Source of the DNA: Amoebidium appalachense
Lineage: Eukaryota > Protista > Ichthyosporea
Length of the DNA: 64,000 nucleotides
NCBI GenBank assembly: GCA_963693365.1
Contig: CAVNZM010000006.1
Span: 8,807,355-8,871,354, forward strand
Direction: 5' to 3'
Part shown: piece after piece, positions 46,217 to 64,000 of the stretch
Layout: each line of letters begins with the position of its first letter
Position numbering within the stretch: position 1 is the stretch's first letter
The notes under the pieces: model-generated
Told to the model about the DNA's origin: nothing
Database searches by the model: none
Seen by the model: the letters and a program-made list of their open reading frames with translations, nothing else
Made by a program: the position numbers and the translations under genes

Positions 46217-46808
46217 TGGTCGGGCCACCCAACACGAAATTTGTGTGGCATTTCACAGTCGGGTATTTTCCTTCAACTATAAGGGCTATCTGGGCCCTCG
46301 ATATTATTTTCTGCAGTTTTTTTGTGGGCTAGGTCCCGCACTCATAAACCACAGATTCAGTTGGTTAGCTGCAGCCATATTTCCATTTTTATGCTTGACG
46401 AATACCCGGGAAAAGAACACCTATATAATACCAGGCATTAATTTTATCATAGGCTGACAGAAAGGCCCTGGCAATTTTTTTTATTTTTTTTATTTTTATT
46501 TTTTTTAATTCTTAACCTCGGGTGGTTGTATGGGTATGGTTGACATTTAGAAGTTAAACGTTAATTTATTATGATCAATAACATTATGTGCTTGGCAATG
46601 TCGAGCCTCTGTTGATACAGGCTCAGCCTCGACATTCACTCTTATCACTTGTTTTTGCATCGCATACAACTAAAAATATATACCAACCCATCCCGCGGTT
46701 ATTCCTAATACCGTGAATAATGGTCAACCTGGACCCGTGTGTGACCAGGAAGTACACGAATGATTGATGAACTATAAGTTGCCATCCGGCCGTGGATCCC
46801 CTCAGCCG

Positions 46809-46858
<50 letters not shown>

Positions 46859-46992
46859 ACCCACCCCCCCCCCCAACCGGCCGGCAACCTTAGCTGCGAG
46901 GGGTGTGGCGTACGGGTGGGGGTTGGGGTTACTTCTGGAAGGTTGGCGACGTCGACAGTGGAGGTGGGGTGTGGGGGGGGGGAGAGGGGTGT

Positions 46993-47023
<31 letters not shown>

Positions 47024-47078
47024 GGAAGGATAAGCCTTTCCGAATGATTCAATCCGGCAGGATAAGGCGGAGGAGAGG

Positions 47079-47109
<31 letters not shown>

Positions 47110-47473
47110 AGGGGGGGGTACAGAGGGTAGGGGATGGGGGGTGGGTGGGTGGGGTGGGGTGGGGTGGGGTGGGGGGCTGCCTAGCCTTGCGATTGCGAGT
47201 GTGTCTGTCAAAAAGGACCTCTCAGCCCAATGCAGACGTCGGCTCAGATCCCAGATATATATCGGCAAGAATCGGGAGCCTCCGAAAGAGAATGACTGGG
47301 TAGCATGGCATTTTAAATTTCAGACGATATATAACTAGGTTTCAATGTTAACGTTATGGAATTGAGTACATGGGTAAACCTATGCCAAACCATTGTACTC
47401 TCCAAATCATTATACTCTCACGTGATCGCAGTTATGACAGCCGGCGGTGGCAGTGGGTGGGTCACGGTGGGGT

Positions 47474-47531
<58 letters not shown>

Positions 47532-48298
47532 GGGGGACTTCCCTAAGAGGAATGGGGGGAGTTTGAGTGAATGGGTGTTTTGTTGTTGTCGTTGGTACAT
47601 GGTGGAAAAGAGGGAGGGGGTGGTTGGGGTTGGGGTTGGGGTTTGGGGGGAGGGGGGGGGGGGGGTTAGGGTATCGATGTCTTTTGCTATTATTCTGGAA
47701 ACTATTCGTATAACACATCATTTACCAGCAAAATTTGCTTTACAGGCAACCACTTGCTAAAACAACGTATGCTTATTGCCAAAGAATGGAATATGTCTTG
47801 CAAATGTGGCTGACACATGTTAATATTAAATACATCAGGCCATATCGATATACATGCATTCGATCCATGGTCACTCGTTCAGACAAGCACAGCAGATGCA
47901 CATGGACATTGAATTGTTACGCGGCTGGAGTTTGAAAGTCATGTTAACCAAAAAAATTGCTTTGCTTGTCACCGTGTGGTCCAAGAGATAAACAAGAAAA
48001 GTATCCAAAAATACAAGAATTAAGTATAGGTACCGTTATGAGACACGGTTCAACACTTCCTAGACTTCTGAAACGTGAAATGATGGTATCCAAATAAAAA
48101 GCTGCACATCAAACGGAGTCTAAAGCCACCATTTGGTCACACACCGACTCAATTCGTATCACACCAATGACTTCAATTCTGTGCAAAACCAATCAAAACT
48201 CGAGTCCTACCAATGGGAAACGTTACCCATGGCCCCTCCTGATGAATATATTTACATCATCCAATAACACCCATTTCATCTTTTTTAATCAGAAACAC

Positions 48299-56553
<8,255 letters not shown>

Positions 56554-57354
56554 ACTGGCAGTTACAGGTGCACACAGCACAAAACAACTCTTAGGGGAAG
56601 ATATAGAGCCGTGCTTGATGTGATTGAGAGGCTTTAGTCTTCTAACAGTGGACTAATCGAAAGACAAGTTTCTCTGCAGCGTGATGTGTTGGAATTCCGA
56701 TGATCCCTAAGTTGCTTGTACAACTCAAGTATGAGAATATACATGCACTGCCTTTCAATTTGGCTGGGTGCTCGACTTCGTTGCCTGAGTAGAAGGTAAG
56801 ATGTTTATATCACTTATTTTCGACTGCCTGGGAAGTAAAACTGAACGTATCCAGCAAAGGGGGTGAGTAGAAAGCAACAAGTTCTTAGACTTCTGCCTGA
56901 GCGTCGAACAGCAGTATGGCTAGTTAGTATAGCTGCGTCGAACTTTACCGAAGCAGTGCAGGCGAGTGTGCAGGCGGTATCGCATGGTGATAGCGCAAAC
57001 ACACTTATGTTACGCAAAAGATCTGGGAGTTATTTAGGTAAACCAATCAAGATGGTGCATCTTTGATGGCGCGCATTTTTGAACCCGGCGCCTGCAAAAG
57101 CTGTGATCACGAGAAAGCAGTTGACAGGCACACAGACAGAGTATTGTGTGCATGCGAACTTGGCCGTGAATGGATCACTTTGCCTCTTACAACATGCTTG
57201 CGAGCGGCTTCTAACCAGATTTTTGCCGCCGCCATAAAACGAGTTAGAACAGAGCACCTGATTAATCCAGCTGTTGATAGCCATTCCGTGTTTGCCAAGT
57301 TCTCAGAACCAAACCGATTATTCTCGCTGTGTGAGTTTAACATTACCTCCCACG

Positions 57355-59548
57355 ATGAGCGTAGAGCAATCTCCTTGCAGGGTTGACCCCAAGAACTTTT
57401 ACGGCTGCTATCTTCTGACCTCGCTCAAGGACAGATGCAAGCACCATACCTACGTGGGTAAGTGCTCAACTTGTGCACATGAGTCCAAGGTTTCCGTAAG
57501 TCATGTATGTGAGTTCTTTCTTCAAGCACTTGCTGCTAAGTATAGCTCATTTACACAATCTAAGAATATCAAGGGAAATTATCAAGGGAAAACTCCCACT
57601 GCGAGGGCTAGGTCGAATAAACTATACACTCTGACCAGTTTCCAGCGCATTCTACTAACATCCTGCACTCCCTATAGGCTTTACTGTGGACCCAAACCGT
57701 CGCATTCGACAGCACAATGGGGAGATATCTAACGGCGCTTGGAAGACCTCCAAAAAGAGGCCATGGTATGACCCTTCTCCCCATTCCTTCCAACATCAAA
57801 GACAGGCAGGCACGATTGTAACATAAACATAATCATGCCTATTCACAGGTGTGGGTAGCAGACGTACATTTGCACGTGCTTCCTTCCGTGCAAAAACCCA
57901 CACAAGCACGCAAGGAGCAAACATTCTTGAGGCATTTCACGCAGGCTCAAGCTCGATAACGGCACGTGAAATGATATGTGAGGCTGTGCATGTTGCTTTT
58001 TGCCCACCAAAATGCCTCTGCATATTAGGACTAGTGAAAATGGGACACGTGTGCACCCACCCTTTTTTTCCTCGCTAACATTTCCAACATCCACCAGGGA
58101 TATGGTTCTTGTTGTCTACGGATTCCCAGAGGAGAAGATGGCCCTTAGGGTGAGGTTTATCTGGTGCATATACACCCCTTTACCCACTTCGCGGTTTTGT
58201 TGCGCGTCCTAACAGGTCCCTACTATGCATGTGCTGATTAAGCGCCAGAGTGCATATTTCGTTGTTCTTCCTTCCTGAGGTGTTTTGATGTTTTGACTTT
58301 TTCCCCTTTTCGAATTTGTGTTGCTCGACAATGCTTGGGAGGCATGCCCTACATCTTCTTTTCCCCTTTCTTGATGTTTGTTGAGGGTAGTGATGGGTGT
58401 TGGATTAGCCCTACTTGGCGACTGTGTGAGCATGTTACGCCTGCCCCTCATACCTACTGTATTCACTACCTAACACCCCTCCTCCCCCCTCCCCACCTTG
58501 TCCCCGTCCTTTACCCGTCCCACACCATGCAGGCATACGTCTCCGTTGATTCCAAACCAAAGACACCACAAGCCCTCCCCCCTCCCCCCCCCCCCCCTCC
58601 CCCCCCCCCCCTCCCCCTTTCTACTGCCTAGTATCCCCCCCGTTCCAGCCTTTCACTGACTCGACCTGTAGCATTCAATCGAGTCTATTACAACTAATAT
58701 CGGTTGGAGCACGGTCCCCTAGCTCACTCTTTCCCATTACCATTACAGTTCGAATGGGCCTGGCAGAATCCCAGGGACTCTCGGCGGCTCAAAGACCTGC
58801 CGGACATAGCAAACATGCCCAAGAAGATGGAGAACATGCTGCCGGCCAAGCTGAAGGTCACTACCTCCCTCGGTGACACCTCATGTCCAAATACACTCTT
58901 TATTTCACATATTATACCACTCACACACACGTGCAGAGAGAAAGGAACGGGATTCACGATGGTAAATACAGGTGCACATTCACACAAGCTCACCCCACCC
59001 CACACAAACATGCACCATTAAAGGGCTTTTCTCACTCCTTTGCTAGGCCACCCTTTCCTCGCCAAGCTACCCCACCCATTCCTTCCGCCATTTATCCCTT
59101 CCCCTCCCCCCCCCCCCCAAACCCCAACTCCCAACCCCCTTTTCGACCCACCCACCCTCTCTCTTTGCTTGCTTTTACATTCTTCTCTTTTCACAAGCAT
59201 CATTGGAATACACAGAGTACAAAAGTAACACTCAGACTTCCCCCCCCCCCTCCCCCCCCCCCCCCCCCCCGCCCCCGGGGGTGTTTTTTTATCCCCTTTA
59301 CTTTTCTTTACTGCACTAGCCATGGCCACACACCCACACCACCTCAATACTGATCATCTTTTGTGCAGGTGCTTGGCTGCATGCTGAATGTGGCCCCATG
59401 GAACAGACTTCCTCTCACGGTCCATGTATGATCCCTCCCCTTCCCCCCCTCCCCCCTTCCTGCCTCCCTCTTCCTCTTCTTTCTCCACACACACATGCAT
59501 GCACATGCATACAGACACGCACGCACGCATACACACACACACACAAAT

Positions 59549-59617
<69 letters not shown>

Positions 59618-59695
59618 CAAAAACATGCACCACACGTTCAAACATAAACATCCACCATGATCTTGCCAAGCCCCAAAATACCTCTTCCCAGCGAC

Positions 59696-59742
<47 letters not shown>

Positions 59743-60487
59743 TCCTCCTCCTCCCCCCGGGCCCGCTCTGCCCTCCCCCCTCCTTTTCAAGAGACCTGCA
59801 AAAAAAAAAGACCTTCCACCTAGGTTGCAAATACCCCCACAGCTACATAACCTGAGGTCTTACAGCGCCAGTACAAACACCCAACCAACTAACCAACCTC
59901 CAAACTGCATGCGGTAAGTTGAGAAATTTATTATAAATTAAAAAGATGTTGTTGCACACGATATTCTTAGGGGGGGAAATGGCATATTAGTTTTCAATAC
60001 CTAGAGTTGCATCCAGTGAGTCTGATTGTGCATGTGCACACAGTGGCTACGCCAGGAGTACTATGGGGAGGTAGGGCTGCATGTCAAGCGGCTGCCCGAG
60101 CACATACGCATCAAGTTTGGGCCCCTGCCATGGAACCCTACCGGTGGGTGTTGTTGTCTGCATGAGTCATGACTGTAGAATGAGAGTTACAACAGGTTCC
60201 AAGGACTTGGCATGCATATTCCCCTGCTTGTTTTTCTTTCCCTTTCCTTTTTTTTTTTTTTTTTTGCATGTGTGTGTGTGTGTGTGTGTTGTTGTTATTT
60301 GGAGGAGATATGATGCGTGTTGAAAAGGACGGGGCTCCAGTGCCTTGACCAAGCCAGATGTATGGTTATGGCTCTAGATCCTTTCTTGCACTCTTGCCCA
60401 TCTTCTTCTCTCCCATTCTGTCACCCTCCTTCTCAAGAAGTGCTATATTGTTGGCTGGTCATTCCCCCCCCCCCCCCCCCCCCCCCC

Positions 60488-60560
<73 letters not shown>

Positions 60561-60766
60561 CGTACGTGCGCGCGTGCGCGCGCGTAACTTTAAATAATTA
60601 CCATGATATTTATTGAGTTCAAAACTAGACTCAGCCTGCCCAGGATCTCTCAGGACCAGAAGTAACCGAATCTGTGCTTTCGAATACATGCTCTCAATAG
60701 ACAGCTTTTGAGAATAGGACTTGAGTCACCTCGCTTTGCAACCGTTTTACAGGCACTTCCTTCCCT

Positions 60767-60829
<63 letters not shown>

Positions 60830-63592
60830 AACCATCCACCTTACACTCACTCACTTACACACATACACAGACATACTCACCTATATTAGTTCATTCCTGT
60901 GCGAAAGCCCACGAGCACCAGTGCCATGTGCTCTACACAACCTTGTCATGTTTGTTATTTTTGCCTAACATGTTATGACTATCGATTATGTTCACAGCAC
61001 AAGGAACAGCTGGACCAGGCAATGGGGAGGGCCTAGTCTCACCCGAGGACTGTGTGATATGCATGATGGAGATAGAGGTGAGATAGTTTCCTGGTGTGCA
61101 TGATGGAGATAGAGGTGAGATAGTTTCTTAAGTGCATGATGGAGATAGAGGTTAGATAGTTTCTTAAGTGCATGATGGAGATAGAGGTTAGATAGTTTCT
61201 TAATGTGCATGATGGAGATAGAGGGAGATGATTCGTTTCTGATATGAACGACGTGAGAGAAAGAGGTGACATAGTTTGTGAATCTCTCGCAATGGGGATA
61301 CAGGTGAAAAAATATTCCCTATTTGCACCATGGAGGATAGAAGCGAGACTAGGTTGTGCGTGATATGCCTGAAGGGGATAGATTTGAAAGAAAACGTGCT
61401 TGCGGCGTTGCAAAAGTGAATACTGTGCTCTCTTGATTAGTTTATTTGCCAACATGTGAGATCGAGTGGGAGTGCTGTGCAGTTGTAGTCAGGCTCTAGG
61501 AGGATTCCGCGTGGTGGGGGGGGGGGGGGGGGGGGGGAGAAGGGGGATAGAAGTTACCGTGAAGTTGAAAAAGAGAAAAATCGTGATTACACCCATCACT
61601 CACACACTTCCTCACAGAACGATAACTACATGCAATGTCTTCGGCCGAAATGCACCATGTGTGCTCACATGCCATGCCTGGCTGGGTAACCCCCTTCCCC
61701 CTCCGCCACCCCCACCCCCTACACACACACACGCGCACACACACACACACCTTCCCTGCGTGTTCGCACACACCGGCAAGTTGTTCATAATGCTTCTACC
61801 AAGTCCCTCTCATATTACACAACTATACATGATGCTGCAAAACGTAAGCACAGAAGAGTAAGACCGAACAGTTAAAATAACCCCCCCTCCCGCCCCCCCC
61901 TTTTTATTTTTCTTTCTTTTTTCTTTTTTTTTGGGCGGGGATGTGTATGTGTGTGTGGGGGGGGGGGTTGAGAAGGGATATGGCCATCGGTGTATCTGGG
62001 AATCCAAGAGAGCACATGCATATGTCTGCACGGGAGGCATCGTGTCTGTGATCACATGAAACGGTGTGGCCACAACTGTATTCTGTTTTGGTCTGTTGCT
62101 CCAATGTCTGAATGCGGTGAGGATGCACAAGTACAACATACATTTCTCAAGCTTGTTTCTTTTCGGCTCCTCTAGCTCCGCAACACTATAGAATTCTAGC
62201 ATGCAACCCACAGTGGGGCTGTCCTCACTGCGCCGATGGACTGGTTTCGGATTGACAGTCCATCGGAGCTCCGATTGACCACACTCGACCATATTTGGGG
62301 TTTTCACAAGTCCATCCGATCGGACCGTCCAGATTGGTCACGGATTGACGGCAACGCTGGCGCTGCATTCAACATATTTTCTTTTGCTAGCATATATATA
62401 CTCTATAATATTTGTACATTATTTCTAATTTAAAGAGAATGAGGTACTGTAGATGACATGCCACACGTCCAAAAATAAGTAAAACTAATTATTATGCAAG
62501 TATCTACGGGTTGCCAACTCTAGGATGCCTAACGCGCGGTCCATTTTTGGCTATTTTCTTTGCAATTAGTTAATTGGTTAGTGCATATAGACTAATTTAG
62601 TAAAGTACGGAATGATTGGTTCTATTTTGCGCTGAACGTCAATCCGGGCTCGGATTGAAACGCCGATGGACTGGAAGTTAATCCGGGAGTCAATCCGAAT
62701 TCGGATTGACTTCGGATTGACTGGGTTCGGCCAAATTTGGCAAGCGCAGTCCATCGGACTCAGTGTGGACGCCAGATCGATTGGACTCCGATCCAAATTA
62801 GGCAATTTTGGTCAATCCGGAGCGTCAATCGGCGCAGTGTGGACAGCCCCACTATGCCCCCCCCCCCCCCCCCCCCCCTCTTCCCCAACACAAACACACA
62901 CACACCTGTTTTGTCTTTTGATATCTCCACTTCCATATCTTCAACCTCTAATGCATACATTTCCGCTCCCCCCCCCTCCCCCCCCCCCCCCCCCAAACAC
63001 ACACACACACACACACCGCCACCCCTCTCTCCGCTCCCATACGCACACACACGTGCACACACAGGTGGTTTCTCCGCAACGAGCATGACCAGTGCGTTCC
63101 TGTCGAAGGAACGTGCCCGTCGTGCCGCAACAAGATGCTCTGGGGGGACCTGGTCAACAGATACCACGTTTTGAGAAACGACACTACACGACCCAAAAAC
63201 CCCCGCCGTCATACATCGCAAGCAGCAAACAACCCACACGAACACGAAATTACGGAAGGTATATCATTGCAAAACCAGAATGTTGGTTTGGGCCATGTCA
63301 GTTCGGAAGACGATGAAGGGATGGCACAAACCAGAAAGCCGGCCAAGGGCCGAAGGAAACACGCACAGAGGATTACAGACAGTTCGGAGGACGAAGAAAA
63401 CACGTACACGGCACATGTATCCCGAAACCAAGCAAGAGATAAGGGGAAAGAGCCGTTACGTTTTGCACCACCGCAACGTAGAGAGCCCCTGGGAGTAAGG
63501 CCCCAACAGGAAGTGAGCGATGGGCGGGCGGAGGAGGTACTGGCGGGATGCCTGGGCGGGCTGACTCTGTCGACACGGCCTGGACCGTCACA
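57355..63592 (+). CDS. SLX1: Structure-specific endonuclease subunit SLX1 (GIY-YIG + RING-like zinc finger); 3' end may continue beyond the window
   Basis: Exons 57355-57457 ([13 protein letters not shown]), 57678-57765 ([22 protein letters not shown]), 58098-58149 ([13 protein letters not shown]), 58749-58856 (FEWAWQNP), ~59370-59424 ([15 protein letters not shown]), ~60044-60143, ~61019-61077 (CVIC), ~61618-61685 (CLRPKC..HMPCLA) and 63065-63592 ([19 protein letters not shown]). Confidence 0.93.
61060..61224 (+). repeat. 36-37-bp minisatellite, about 4.5 copies, overlapping an SLX1 exon end and splice donor
   Basis: Unit TGCATGATGGAGATAGAG|GTKAGATAGTTTCTTAAG starts at 61060, 61097, 61133, 61169 and 61206 (partial). 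Confidence 0.9.
62209..62856. mobile_element. Non-autonomous TIR element (MITE-like, ~650 bp) in an SLX1 intron
   Basis: Left end CACAGTGGGGCTGTCCTCACTGCGCCGATGGA; reverse complement of right end CATAGTGGGGCTGTCCACACTGCGCCGATTGA (3 mismatches in 32). Many subterminal CGGATTGA/TCAATCCG/GTCCATCGG motifs and an AT-rich centre. TSD is unclear. Confidence 0.8.
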
Positions 63593-63713
63593 GGTGGGTG
63601 CAAAGTCACTGTTTGCACTGATGCCTCGTGCATTACTGATGAGTACAACTGCTTTGGCTCACATACCGTGTCTTTCTTCCCTCAATCTCTCTACACCCCT
63701 CCTCCTCCTCCTC

Positions 63714-63785
<72 letters not shown>

Positions 63786-63786
63786 C

Positions 63787-63897
63787 CCCGAGTATGGGCT
63801 CCGCTTATTATGCGTACTCTTTTTTGTATGGTTTGCACTCTGCATCGTGTTGTCTGTTGTTCATGTGTATTTCGTACTTTAAGACGCATTCAAACCC
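63787..63897 (+). repeat. Dispersed ~110-bp repeat, copy 2
   Basis: Same orientation as and clearly similar to 24725-24835; both copies run into a C tract. Confidence 0.8.
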
Positions 63898-64000
63898 CCC
63901 CACCCACCCAGCCACCACCCCCCCATTCCATACCCCCTTTTTGCCTTGGTCCGAAAGAGACAAAATAGGACAGATAACAAGAGGGTAGGATTTGCGGGTT

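Noticed and set aside
47622-47672. Interstitial telomere-like GGGGTT/TTAGGG repeats
   Set aside because: Only a few imperfect units in G-rich low-complexity DNA; expected by chance.
57355-57765. GIY-YIG domain read as a Penelope element or homing endonuclease
   Set aside because: Multi-intron host gene with SLX1-specific RPW, FEWAWQ and zinc-finger motifs and no reverse transcriptase.
61060-61224. CRISPR-like array of ~36-bp repeats
   Set aside because: Units are head-to-tail with no unique spacers, lie in a eukaryotic intron and have no cas genes nearby.

Overview
Eukaryotic nuclear DNA from an intron-rich genome with GT-AG introns. The gene set looks opisthokont/holozoan, but the taxon cannot be fixed from sequence alone. 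Almost all ORFs in the supplied track are artefacts of very long C/G homopolymers and (CA)n/(CT)n microsatellites that fill introns and intergenic DNA. Genes reconstructed by hand from spliced exons: the 3' part of a LYST-like BEACH-WD40 gene (+), a WDR13-like gene (-), a disrupted F-box/LRR gene (+), a zeta-class GST/maleylacetoacetate isomerase (-), a secreted Group-7-allergen/TULIP-like glycoprotein (-), the last two exons of an unidentified beta-sandwich-like gene (+), mitochondrial seryl-tRNA synthetase (-) and SLX1 GIY-YIG nuclease (+). Two non-autonomous TIR elements, several perfect palindromes, minisatellites and one dispersed repeat are also present. The most notable signals are a polarised C(n)-then-(CA)n/A(n) repeat grammar that often runs into 3' splice sites, the Der p 7-like secreted protein, and a minisatellite built from an SLX1 exon end plus its splice donor. 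All homology calls are by-eye motif recognition; no searches were run.
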